Source: Neophaeotheca triangularis (lineage: Eukaryota). Taken from it: 64,000 nucleotides of DNA. Within the stretch, counting starts at the first letter, position 1. Each line of letters starts with the position of its first letter. The stretch spans positions 62,001 through 126,000 of the forward strand of contig BAAIJX010000002.1 in the NCBI GenBank assembly GCA_054600435.1, written 5' to 3'. Both the position numbers and the translations under genes were made by a program. Positions 48,470 through 59,627 of the stretch are shown in pieces. A model generated the notes under the pieces. The model did no database searches. It saw only the letters and a program-made list of their open reading frames with translations, and was not told the DNA's origin.

Positions 48470-50878
48470 ATGCGAGCACCCACCCTCGCTCGCGCATCTC
48501 TGCGCAGCGCAGCCTTGCGCAACGGAGAGTGGACGGCCTGCCGGAGAAGTTTCGCCTCCTCGAGCATACCCGCACAGCGAACATTAGGAACCTCGCAACA
48601 ATGGAAACCCACGACACAAATCGAACAACGCCAACCCCGGAGATGGGCGAACAACGTCGCCCAATCCGTTCTGGAGACCGCCATGCACGACCCCAAAGCC
48701 CTCTCGCAAGAGGCCATTGTCGAGAACCTCGACCCCAAGGAAGCCGCCCGTCTGGACAAAGTCCGCAACATCGGTATCGCGGCGCACATTGACTCCGGGA
48801 AGACCACCGCCACCGAGCGCGTGCTCTTCTACACGGGACGCATCCGCGACATCCACGAGGTGCGTGGTAAGGATTCCGTGGGCGCGAAGATGGACAGTAT
48901 GGACTTGGAGAGAGAAAAGGGGATTACGATTCAGTCGGCGGCGACTTTTTGCGATTGGCTCAAGAAGAACCCCGATCCTGTGACTGGCGAGATGAAGGAG
49001 GAGAAGTACCACATCAACCTGATCGATACGCCGGGGCACATCGACTTCACCATCGAGGTCGAGCGTGCGTTGCGTGTGCTGGATGGCGCCGTCATGATTT
49101 TGTGTGCAGTCTCGGGTGTGCAGTCGCAGACTGTGACGGTCGATCGTCAGATGAAGCGGTACAACATCCCGCGTATTTCTTTCGTGAACAAGATGGATCG
49201 AGCTGGAGCCAACCCCTGGAAGGCTGTGGAGGGTATCAACCAGAAGCTGAGGATGCCTGCAGCTGCCCTTCAGGTGCCTATTGGGATGGAGGATGACTTC
49301 AGGGGCGTGGTTGATTTGATCCGGATGAAGGCCATCTACTCTGAGGGTCAGAATGGTGAAGTGGTACGGGAAGACGAGGTGCCGGAGGATATCAGAGAAT
49401 TCGCGCAAGAGAAGAGGCGGCTGTTGATCGAGACGTTGGCGGACGTTGATGAAGAGATTGCGAACGCTTTCTTGGACGAGCGGACACCTTCGCCCGTGGA
49501 GATCAAGGACGCGATCAGGAGGGCCACCATCAGCCTCAAGTTCTCGCCGGTTCTGATGGGCTCGGCACTGGCGGACAAGAGTGTGCAGCCAATGCTTGAT
49601 GCCGTCTGCGACTATCTGCCCAACCCCTCTGAAGTGGAGAACTTGGCCCTGGACAGGAGACGGGACGAAAAGCCTGTCAAGCTCGTTTCCTACAACAGCC
49701 TGCCCTTCTGCGGTCTCGCCTTCAAGCTCGAAGAGTCCAACTTCGGCCAGCTGACCTACATCCGTGTCTACCAAGGAACTCTCAAGAAGTCTCAGATGGT
49801 CATAAACGCTCGCTCGGGCAACAAGGTCAAGATTCCCAAGATCGTACGCATGCATTCCAACGAGATGGAGGAAGTGCAGGAAATCCACGCTGGTGAAATC
49901 TGCGCCGTCTTCGGTGTCGACTGCGCTTCCGGAGACACCTTTACAGACGGCAACCTAGGCTACACCATGTCGTCGATGCACGTCCCGGACGCCGTCATTT
50001 CCCTCTCGATCAAACCCAAGCAGACCAAAGACACCCCCAACTTCTCCAAAGCTATCCAGCGCTTCCAGCGCGAAGACCCGACCTTCCGTGTGCACATTGA
50101 CCCCGAGTCTTCCGAAACCGTCATCAGCGGCATGGGCGAGCTCCACCTGAGCATCTACGTCGAGCGCATGAAGCGCGAATACAAAGTCGAAGTCGCAACC
50201 GGCCAGCCTCAAGTCGCCTACCGTGAAACCATCCAGGAATACGTTACATTCGACCACCTCCTCAAAAAGCAAACCGGAGGTGCAGGCGACTACGCCCGCG
50301 TCATGGGCTGGATGGAACCGACAGGCCAGCTGGGCGAGAATGTCTTCGAGCAACAAGTCACCGGCGGCAACATCGACGAGAAATTCCTCTTCGCTTGTGA
50401 AAAGGGTTTCCAAGCCTCCTGCCAACAGGGTCCCCTCTTCGGCCACCGCGTCCTCGGAGCAAGCATGGTCATCAACGACGGCGCAACGCACATGACCGAC
50501 TCCTCTGAACATGCTTTCAAGAACGCTACGCAGCAAGCTTTCCGCAAAGCCTTCATGTCGGCCAAACCCGCCATTCTCGAGCCTCTGATGAAAACCGTCA
50601 TCACGGCGCCCAACGAATTCCAGGGCAACATCGTCGGCCTTTTGAACAAACGCAACGCCGTTGTCAATGACACCGATATTGGGCCTGAGGATTTCACCCT
50701 CACCGCCGACTGCAGTTTGAATGCCATGTTTGGCTTTTCTTCCCAACTACGTGCTGCTACGCAGGGTAAGGGCGAGTTTACCATGGAGTTTAGCCATTAT
50801 GCTCCAGCGCCTATGCAACTGCAGAAGGAGTTGATTGCGAAGTATGAGAAGGAGCGGGCGGAGAAGAGTAAGAGGTAA
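48470..50878 (+). CDS. MEF1: Mitochondrial elongation factor G1
   Basis: Arg-rich presequence; '[15 protein letters not shown]', '[13 protein letters not shown]', 'DTPGHIDF', 'NKMD', 'GMGELHL', '[11 protein letters not shown]'; intronless. Confidence 0.97.
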   Translation: MRAPTLARASLRSAALRNGEWTACRRSFASSSIPAQRTLGTSQQWKPTTQIEQRQPRRWANNVAQSVLETAMHDPKALSQEAIVENLDPKEAARLDKVRNIGIAAHIDSGKTTATERVLFYTGRIRDIHEVRGKDSVGAKMDSMDLEREKGITIQSAATFCDWLKKNPDPVTGEMKEEKYHINLIDTPGHIDFTIEVERALRVLDGAVMILCAVSGVQSQTVTVDRQMKRYNIPRISFVNKMDRAGANPWKAVEGINQKLRMPAAALQVPIGMEDDFRGVVDLIRMKAIYSEGQNGEVVREDEVPEDIREFAQEKRRLLIETLADVDEEIANAFLDERTPSPVEIKDAIRRATISLKFSPVLMGSALADKSVQPMLDAVCDYLPNPSEVENLALDRRRDEKPVKLVSYNSLPFCGLAFKLEESNFGQLTYIRVYQGTLKKSQMVINARSGNKVKIPKIVRMHSNEMEEVQEIHAGEICAVFGVDCASGDTFTDGNLGYTMSSMHVPDAVISLSIKPKQTKDTPNFSKAIQRFQREDPTFRVHIDPESSETVISGMGELHLSIYVERMKREYKVEVATGQPQVAYRETIQEYVTFDHLLKKQTGGAGDYARVMGWMEPTGQLGENVFEQQVTGGNIDEKFLFACEKGFQASCQQGPLFGHRVLGASMVINDGATHMTDSSEHAFKNATQQAFRKAFMSAKPAILEPLMKTVITAPNEFQGNIVGLLNKRNAVVNDTDIGPEDFTLTADCSLNAMFGFSSQLRAATQGKGEFTMEFSHYAPAPMQLQKELIAKYEKERAEKSKR

Positions 50879-51499
50879 ATGGATGGAGTTTGGGGATTGG
50901 GGGGAACTCGCTTTGCTTGTCGCGAAGTGACGTGTCGTTGTTCAAAGGGTGGTCAACATGATGCGCAGTCGACGTCGGTTTGTACGATGCTTTTGGCCGA
51001 CAAGTCGAGAGAGAAGGTTGTACAATATTACATCTTGCCTCGATTCATTTTCGGTGGTGATACCGGGCGTTCTGAGTTTGCGTTTAGAGCGCTGTATAGC
51101 AAGACGGCCTACACGTGAAGGTGGCTTCTCCGCTTCGGATAGTGTAGATTTTATATCATTGAAAGTTATCGAAACTAAAAAGTGTTCTACAGATTTCTCG
51201 ACATGCTGTCTGCTTTTCTTTGCGAGTTGATTAGACACAAGACTATAAATAATATCCCGTCTCATCGTCTAAGAAACATACCTAGGTACCTAGAGTAGGT
51301 AATAGGTACCTAGGTAGGCTAATAAGGCAGCGGAGAGGGCTGGAAACCAGCATCGGCATCCCGAAAGCACGGCGGCCCGAGCCCGGACATCCAGCAGCAG
51401 CAGCTCCCATCATCCCGTCGCGCTCCAATCAAACGAAACCTCTTCCACGTCTCAAACCCACTCCGTTACCACCCCGTACCCGGGTTTAAAACCACGACC

Positions 51500-52087
51500 A
51501 TGTCCCTCCATCTAGCCAAACGAACCGCTCTCCCACCCAGAAGCTCTCTAGCAGCAGCCTTCACAACGAGCGCCTCGAAACATCGCCCCCAAGCGCAACC
51601 ACCCCGTCCGAAACCCGCGGCCTACAAACCTCCGCCCAAAGCGACGGGGAATGCGCAACCAGAAGCCAATGTAAGCGCGAGCGCGGAACCCAGCAACAAT
51701 ACCACCGCCACCAGCGACCCTCCACCCCCCAGCAGTTTCAACATCCTCTGGCCCTTTGGGTCAACCACAAAACCGCAACCGCAACCGCAACCTACCTCCA
51801 CACAAGCAGCAACAGCAGCAACAACAACCACGACCTTGAATTCGCAACCAGAAGCCGCAGAATTCTCGGCGATACCGGTGAAAGAGGGCTCGCACTCCTG
51901 GCAGCGGGACCCGCGGTACAAAGCCGCGGCTCGCAAATGGGTGAGTGCCATGGTCGCGCTGCCGCTGCTGTTTGTCACCAGCTGGGTGTTGTGGGGGCGG
52001 CTCGTGTTGGGGGAGGAACGGAAGAGGGCGAGGGTCAAGGGAAGTGATACAGATGGAGAAGGAGCGGGCGAGGGAGCAGTGGGTTGA
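51500..52087 (+). CDS. Small putative mitochondrial single-pass membrane protein
   Basis: Presequence-like N-terminus; C-terminal 'YKAAARKWVSAMVALPLLFVTSWVLWGRLVLG' TM block. Confidence 0.7.
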   Translation: MSLHLAKRTALPPRSSLAAAFTTSASKHRPQAQPPRPKPAAYKPPPKATGNAQPEANVSASAEPSNNTTATSDPPPPSSFNILWPFGSTTKPQPQPQPTSTQAATAATTTTTLNSQPEAAEFSAIPVKEGSHSWQRDPRYKAAARKWVSAMVALPLLFVTSWVLWGRLVLGEERKRARVKGSDTDGEGAGEGAVG

Positions 52088-52340
52088 GACTAGTCATGAG
52101 ACCATGGATTTGGATAGTGGTGTTGTGGAAGAGACATTAGGATACTAGGCTACGCTAAAAGTGTTCGCTGGGAGATGCAAAGCATTCGCTAAGTCGAGTA
52201 GGCCTCTCGACAACGCCGGGATCGACAACCGGAATCCTATCCACCCTGTAACCCCAACCGGGGTTGACAAAACGCCGTGGCCAAATGCTGTCGTCAAAAA
52301 CCGCACCATAAGCAAGACCAACTACTCTCGCTACTCTGCT

Positions 52341-53412
52341 TTACCAAGCAGCGTGCCCGCCATCCATCCTCAGATCACTGCCCGTCATGAAGCTGCTGGC
52401 GTCGCTGATCAGGAACACGGCCGCGCCGCGGTACTCCTCGGGCTGGCTGAGCTTGCCAAGCATGTTCTGGGCCGGCCAGTCGCGCCTGCGCTCGGGGAAT
52501 TGCTCGAAGAGCGCTTCCACCATGGCCGTTTGGATGTAGCCGGGGGAGATTGTATTGACACGGATGCCGTGGGTGCCCCATTCGGCGGCGAGATTACGCC
52601 CGAGTTGGAGCACGGCGGCTTTGGAAGCGTTGTAGGCGGGGCAGATGAGACCCTGTGGAGAAGAGGGAGGTTAGTTTGGGGTTTAGAGCGAGTGTGGTTG
52701 TATGTTTGTAGAAACTTACTCGGTTGGCGATGGTGCCGCTCATGGAAGCAATCATGGCGATACTGCCGCCCCTCCCGTGCTTGATCATCTCCTTCGCGAC
52801 GGCTTGCGCCGCCATGAAGACGCCCGTCACGTTCACCTCGAACATGGTGTTGGAGTCCTTGGCCGTGTAGTCGAGCGCCGTCGTCTCCTGCTGAATACCC
52901 GCCGCGGCCACCAGACCGTCCATGCGGCCGTGCGTCTCTGAGATGTCCCTGATAACATTGTTCATGCCTTCCACGTCGCGCACGTCGATCTGGCGGTAGT
53001 ACAGCGAATTGCCGAGCTCCTCAGCGGCCCGTCTCTGGACTCTGTAGAAGTCGGGCGAAGGCTCGGGCAGGCGGTCGAGGGCGTAGACGGTCGCGCCGGC
53101 TTCGAGCAGGGCTTCGGCTTGCACGAGACCGAGACCGCGAGCGGCGCCTGTCACTAGGACGACTTTGTCGTGCAGGTTGAATTCGGGCAGGCGCTTGGTC
53201 GTTCCAAGGTAGCTTGCGGCGTTGAAGTTGTCTTTAATGGCGGCGGACTCGTTGGGTGGGGGGCTTGGGGGCCCGCGACCGAGCATGGGCATGTTGCCGG
53301 TCGGGGGGTCGTGGAGGTCGTGTTTGGCGCAGCAGGCTGTGACGGGCATGGCTGCGGGTCTGAAGGCGCGGGTGCGCAGCGCCCGGGGCATTCCTCGGAT
53401 TAGGGAGGCCAT
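52341..53412 (-). CDS. Short-chain dehydrogenase/reductase (D-arabinitol 2-dehydrogenase/sorbose reductase-like); intron 52653-52719
   Basis: 'VTGAARGLG', 'AAAGI', 'ASMSG', YxxxK 'YNASK' formed after splicing, 'IRVNTISPGYI', 'DGG'. N-terminal presequence-like extension. Confidence 0.92.
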
Positions 53413-55010
53413 TGTTGGGGTGTGTGAGTTGTTTGGTGGGTTTTTCAAGAGCTTGTAGTAGTTGCTGTGCTTGAAGAGGCTATATGCTGCAGAGGTCGGC
53501 GATTGTATTGCTGAGAATCAGGTCGTTTGTATGTAGGAAGATGTCGTAGATTATATCTTTTCAAAGCGATTGACGTGACGGATGACAGTAAACGCAAAGA
53601 ATTGGGCGACGAGAGCGAGATGAGGAAATCAAACGAGCGACAACAACGCTCCTCGACCTGCCTCTTGTACCTACCACCCAAGACTGCCAACCCTCCTCCT
53701 CTCACAGACAACTCAAGCCCAAGAGGCTTAGAGGACAACAAGGCGCGAGACCGAAAGGAGGCCAGCCATCGGTGTTGCTCAATCGAGCTGTCCGGACGGT
53801 CCAGACTGTGTTCGCAAGCAACCAAAACAAACCCTGAACTCAATCAGCTCCAAGGCCGCGCGCCACATCACGAGGTCGAGACAGCAAGCTCTGCCCGAAA
53901 CAGCGAAGCCGCGAGCTCCGACGGCGTGCAACGGAGCTTGCGCACCATAGTCTCTGTGCATACCCTGCGGTCAAGGTGATGCTCGAGAAGGCGGCTAAAA
54001 ACAGCTCTCCCGCTTCCTAGCCCTGCATGGAATGCCCACGGACGGAGTGGGGAAGACAGTTTGGCTCGCGTGGGGAACGGCAAGGGGCAGGGCCAGAAGA
54101 GATTGGCGAGCAGACGAAGCAGACGAAGAGCGCGAAGAGCGAGGGAGGGAGAGTTTCCGAGAGACGAGAGGTTGTTTGGAGGTTGGAGCTTTCGGGATGT
54201 AGTCCAGGCTTGCCTCTTTGGGAAAGCCGTAAGGGGCTCGACTCTCGCTGGCTTCAAGGCCGAGAAGGGCGAGAGCAGGGTCACATGGCCAGGTCGGTGA
54301 TGGGGGTGAAGTTTGGCGAGGCGATGTTTTGCGGTCGTGTGCTTCGTGGCATAACGTTACTTGTCTACTTGGTGAGAGTAGTAACTATCGCCGCGAGTCT
54401 GGAGAGGTCGAGATGCGATGATATATCGACTACCTAGCATCCATCAGAGCACAAACGATACCCGTGTATTTACTACTATAATTACCAGTTACTGGTACCC
54501 AGGTTTTGGTCGAAGTGCTGCCCGGTGCTTGTCTGTTCTCACTGCTAGAGCGAAGACTCGACGAGTTTGGTCTCATCAATCGCTTTTCATACCATACCAC
54601 AAGTACCACAACCTTGATCTCGAGTGCTCCATTCGCCGGGAGACGTCCCCACACCCCGCAGAGTTTCCGGGGTTTACCCAATACAGTTAGCCTACATAAG
54701 CATAAAGAAAACCACGTCCCTCCCCTGACCCCCGAGTCTTCCAATGGTTACCAGTCATCATCGTCACAACAGACACTAGACCACGAATAACAGAGAGGGG
54801 AGAGGAGAGAAGAGGGAAAATAAAAATGTACACAACAACGCACGACGAGTAAAGCTGTCCATATATCAATCAATATCTATAACACGCAACGCCCCCATCG
54901 AGTCACGCTTCCCGTGCTTTTCATTAAAACCGAGCCAGAGAGAGCCTCAAAACGCAATTCCATGCCATGCCACAGGAGGCAGCTCGACTCATCGAACCGC
55001 GGCAAAAGTC

Positions 55011-57185
55011 TCAAAACACAATAATCTCGTCCCCGTCCTCGGCCTCCTCCGTGATACCGATTTCCTCGTCCTCGTCCTCGTCCTCGTCGTAGCTGATCTG
55101 CTCCCAGTCTGAGAGGTTTGTGGGAGTTGCGAGTGTGTTTGGAGCCTTGAAATTCTCTTGGTCTTCATCTTCGCTTTCCTCGTCTTCGTCGTCGGAGATG
55201 ATAATCCGAGTCTCCGCATAGTTTGGTTTTTTCGTTGCGTTACGTCGCGGGCGGTCGGTTGAGGCTGAGTTGGGAGCTGGGGTGTGGATCAGGACGGTGG
55301 GCTCGGGTCTGGCACGGCCGGGAGCCTGATGCTTTCGGGTTGGTTGTTGTGGTTGCGGGTGGGAGGAAGCTCTGCTCGGTGTGGCGGGTATAGGCTGCTT
55401 CGCAGGGCTCGTAAGGTTCGCTTCCCCCCGAGTAGGTGGCAGGACAAGAAAGTTCGGCGCGTCTTTATACCTCTTCTCCTGCGCACTTCCGTACGCAATA
55501 ACGCTCTCAGCGGACGCGGCGTAATGCTTCGTGAGAATTTCAGTCGGATATTGAAGCCCTACGCCTTTCGCGGACACCTGCATCTTCCTAACCCCCTCGG
55601 CATTGTGGAGAGCGTTGATCTTGCCTACCCCGACTTGCACGCCGTACAAAAAAGCCGACTTGATATCCTCCTCGATCCGCGAGCCGAGGTGTTGTGGTTT
55701 GCAAAAGGCGTGAGCGAAACCCGCTGCCACCTCGTACCATTCTTCGTCGTTTCTACGGCTAGGGAAGAGGCACCAGCCTCGGACGATCTCGCTCACCGCG
55801 CATGTGATATGAGCGAGCGGGGAGGTAGGAAGTACGCCTATAAACCGTAGGAGCTTCGCTATGGCGCCAACGGTACCAGGGAGCAGATCGATTCCATCCT
55901 CTTTCAGATTACGCTGCACCTTATCCCACTTCCCTACGTCTAGGCGATCGAGCCTAAGAGCATGGCCGAGGGCAGGCGTCCGGCGGGCTAGTTGAAGAAG
56001 GTCGCTCGTAGGAACCGTTTTAATGATCGCTTCGCGCGGGATTTGTTGCCAGATAAGAAACTCAATGTTTCCTCCATAGCACCAAGCACCGGAAGTGTAT
56101 GCTTTGTGATTCTTAACTTCCGTGTGTAGCGGTGATGCGTGGAAGATGGCGGTTTTGTCTAGCTTGCTGGCATCAATCACTGATATGAACTGGTTTTCAT
56201 CCTCGTTCTTGTTCCGGATTAGACCTTGCCGCACCACCCAGGCTAGACTGTTTGCCGTGGAGATAAAAGGGCTTGCGACTTTCTCACATTTGTTGAGATG
56301 CGTCTCGATCCATACCCAGAGGCTTTTGACGTCAGGTGCTGGCTGCGGTGGGAGGTTGCTATAGGAGTGTACACCGGAAACAAAGCCATGTACAGCGTCC
56401 GCGTTCATCCCCTGACTTTTGACGGACCAGACGCGAAATAGCAGATCTGAATGGGGTGGATGTGCCATATCTTCTGGGATGACCGCCATAGGCGCCGAGA
56501 GTCTAGGTACTTCATCAGGCCGTATCGGTATAGCTCCTCCGTGCCTACGGGGCTTCAAAATTTTGTCACCATTACTAAGCGCCACTAGATTTCTTCTAGA
56601 GGTTGAGCTTTTTGCGGATGAAAAGCTTTTCTTCGGACGCTTAGTAGGCGTCAACGGTAGAGAGAGGCCAGATTCAAGTTCACTCGCGAGGGACTTTCTC
56701 TTGCTCGGTGTACGCTCTGCTGCTGTCCGCGTTTGGGGTGTCCTGTCGAGGCGAAGGTGGGTGGTAGCGGTAGTGTGAGACGTTTGCGCCCGCACAGTAC
56801 TCTCAGGCTGCTGCATTGTCGAGCCCGGGCCGCCGGATCTGAGCTCAGCTTCAGCGGCCGCAAAGCGGTCAAACAACTCTTGCCGTTCTAGCTTTCCAGC
56901 GTCGTCGTTTGGTTCGCTGTAGAGACCCGCCCATTTTGCCAGATTGGCAGGCTTCTCTCGCTCACCACGGCTGTATTGGGCGTTCAATGTCTTCGCAGTG
57001 AGCCCTTGAAGCCCACAGCTCGAGAGGGCGTCTGCGAAGACGACGTTGAACAGTCGCGCTCGGTACTCGGAATCGCTAGAGGTAGGGAATCGCTCGTTCA
57101 AAAGATGGAGAGCTAAACGCTGCTCACGATTCCATGCGTTGCAAGGACCTCGCCTACCGCTAGACTTCAAGTTCGTAGAAGCCAT
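55011..57185 (-). CDS. Uncharacterized 724-aa protein with a central ART-like (DUF7587-like) domain and an acidic tail
   Basis: Intronless ORF; motifs 'LLFRVW', 'SPFISTANS', 'EFLIWQQIP'; basic NLS-like clusters. Confidence 0.75.
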   Translation of the reverse strand: MASTNLKSSGRRGPCNAWNREQRLALHLLNERFPTSSDSEYRARLFNVVFADALSSCGLQGLTAKTLNAQYSRGEREKPANLAKWAGLYSEPNDDAGKLERQELFDRFAAAEAELRSGGPGSTMQQPESTVRAQTSHTTATTHLRLDRTPQTRTAAERTPSKRKSLASELESGLSLPLTPTKRPKKSFSSAKSSTSRRNLVALSNGDKILKPRRHGGAIPIRPDEVPRLSAPMAVIPEDMAHPPHSDLLFRVWSVKSQGMNADAVHGFVSGVHSYSNLPPQPAPDVKSLWVWIETHLNKCEKVASPFISTANSLAWVVRQGLIRNKNEDENQFISVIDASKLDKTAIFHASPLHTEVKNHKAYTSGAWCYGGNIEFLIWQQIPREAIIKTVPTSDLLQLARRTPALGHALRLDRLDVGKWDKVQRNLKEDGIDLLPGTVGAIAKLLRFIGVLPTSPLAHITCAVSEIVRGWCLFPSRRNDEEWYEVAAGFAHAFCKPQHLGSRIEEDIKSAFLYGVQVGVGKINALHNAEGVRKMQVSAKGVGLQYPTEILTKHYAASAESVIAYGSAQEKRYKDAPNFLVLPPTRGEANLTSPAKQPIPATPSRASSHPQPQQPTRKHQAPGRARPEPTVLIHTPAPNSASTDRPRRNATKKPNYAETRIIISDDEDEESEDEDQENFKAPNTLATPTNLSDWEQISYDEDEDEDEEIGITEEAEDGDEIIVF

Positions 57186-57889
57186 GGCGTTTGAAGGAAT
57201 ACTTAGTAGATGCTATGACGTTGTGCAAGGGATAAGGTGAACTGAGCTGAAAAGGCGAGGTAGAATAGCTTGATCCGTTATGTTAGAGGTGAGGTAGCAG
57301 AACGAAGTTTTCCGGAAGAGAAGGAAGTTAAGTGAAGTAAGAAGATAGCAATGTCTTAAATCCGAGTCACACTAGAACTATTAGCGGGGCAGAGCTCTAA
57401 AATAATGCTCGTCACCTCGAAAGGTAGGTCGATAAGTGGTGTAGTGAGGTTAGAATGTTGCTGCGTAAGCGGGCGATATGGTATGGTCGGGTGCTGGGGC
57501 TGTAGTAGGTAAGCAAGAGTTGAGGCCTCGAGTTGTCGCTGTCCTACTCGCCCTTAGATTGCTAAGCTGTCTCTCACTCGGTCCGCTAATATCCATGGAT
57601 ATCGTGTCTTCTAAGCAATCGTTAAGACCTGATTTTTGTTGTCCTACGGTAGAGCGTCGAGGCATTTACGAGCGGCGTCTTAGCTTGCTTGAGCGCATTA
57701 TCGACCTTGCGTGAGGAGAACAGGTTGCGGTTTTACTTGTCCAAAGCGTTGCGAGATTGTAGGCTGCGTCGATGAGCTGTGTGATGCATTCTGCAGCTAG
57801 TGCCTGCGTACACTAAAGCGCTCGAGGGGCTCGCGTCTTTCTGGCCAGCTCCCAGCATCTCAAACACTCAAGATCTCTCCTCTCCCCAA

Positions 57890-58893
57890 TTACCTCTGCC
57901 CCTGCAACCTTCTCTCTTGCACCTCGGTCAACGCCCGACTCCCACTAATATACATGACCACCGCCACAACCCCAGCGAGCGGCAACACCGAAAACAACCG
58001 CATGCCCACGTAATACAAGCCAAAAACCCCCTCCATGGCAACGATACTGCCCAAAAATAGCCCATGTGCCATTGGCGCCTTACCCATAGCAGTACCAAAA
58101 TGTCCCAAGTTTCCGCCCAAGAAAGCCCAAACCCCGTACAGACCCGGCAGCATCGCGAGCACGGTGAGCGTGAAGAAGAGACTTATGATGCGCGGAGGGG
58201 ATTGCGGGTCTGAGCGGAAGATGTGATGGATTTCCTCTTTACGGCCGTAACGTTCGGAGGGTGGAGGGGAGCTGGTGGAGGCTAGGTCCGAGGGCGCAGA
58301 GATGGTCAGGTCAAAGGCGTGGTGGGTGTAGGCGGCGGTTTGGCCGAAGGAAGCAAGGAGAATGGTTGCTTGGAGGGGTTGGGAGGAGGTCAGGAGTTGG
58401 TAGGGGAGGTCTTTTTGGGTCTGTTGAGAGAGGGGGTGGTTAGTAGGTTGGCTTGCGAGGGAGGCAGAGGGGTCGGGACGTACGACTTCGATTTTGCCCT
58501 TGCCTTTTTCGTTGATGGTGAAAAGGAGGGACTCTTCAAGGCCCGTCAAGGGCTCGTGAAGAGTCAACCAGGCTTGGTGGGGGCGTTTGGCGGTCTTGCC
58601 CTCTGTCGCGGTCAGGGCGATCTTAAGGGCGCCGTTGGGGGATAGAGAGAGTTGTTTGCCGGAGAACTTGGTGGTGGGATCGAGACTAGATTAGGAGTTA
58701 GACTGTTGAGTGCGGAAAGCTAGTGTTGTTGTGCGATTGGGTGTCGACAGTACCTTTCCTTATCGCCCCCATCGACACCGGCGCCCTTGTCGCGGATGGT
58801 CAAGGTTGCATCCTGAAAGCTCCACGAGTCGGCAGCGAGCACCGTCGAGCTCAATGACAGCAGAGATATGGCGAGGGTGTTGAAGAGCTTCAT
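57890..58893 (-). CDS. SWP1: Oligosaccharyltransferase subunit Swp1/ribophorin II; introns 58686-58753, 58421-58483
   Basis: Signal peptide; 'KRPHQAWL', 'RYGRKEEIHHIFRSDPQSPP', three C-terminal TMs, 'GSRALTEVQERR'. Confidence 0.9.
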
Positions 58894-59627
58894 TTTGAGT
58901 ATACACGAAGCCCAATAGGTGCTGTATCAAGAGTTGTCGTGTTTGCGCAAACGATTAGTCGCGTGTGTACTTAAGGTAGTATGGACAAGTGCAAGCTGGC
59001 TGCATTGAAGCTGCTCTGCGGGATGAGGTACACAAGTCTTGGCGGCCATATCCAACCTTCAAGCAACCCGAACCTCCTGGCTGGTTTGCTCGATACGTCG
59101 CACAGCAATGATCGATAGTTTAGACATGGAATTGTACAAGTTAGCGATTATTATATAACGTTATAGAACTCGAAATGACATACGAATTAGTCTACCGTTT
59201 TTGCTGCTGCAAGAATGCCACATTCCGACCTTCTCCAAAACATGTTCTGCTTCACAGAAGGCACAAGCCTTGTCGCACTCCTCCTGCGCGTTTTCTCTCC
59301 ACCGCCACCTCGAAAAAGAGACATATTCCAGTTGTAATAAAGTGAATGATGCTTGACATTCATGCCCGATAATTTTGTGAATGTGTCACATGCTCGTAAC
59401 TATGTGAATGAGTACCTTGCTGCACACAATTGCCCGTTTCGGTCACGTGGGCCCCACTAAATTGAGTGCACGAGCCGCTAATTCTCATTCACCTCCGCTG
59501 CCTGATCAAATACTTCGTTTGACCTTCTCGTTTCTCGACCTTTGCTTATTCGAGACAACTGCAACAATGACCTCCACCTGACAACTGCACAACAATCATC
59601 GGAAAAAGAAGAAGGAGCAACTCCAGT

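Noticed and set aside
48584..50784. Long - strand ORFs (434, 263 and 164 aa) opposite MEF1
   Set aside because: Codon-bias shadow ORFs of a conserved gene.
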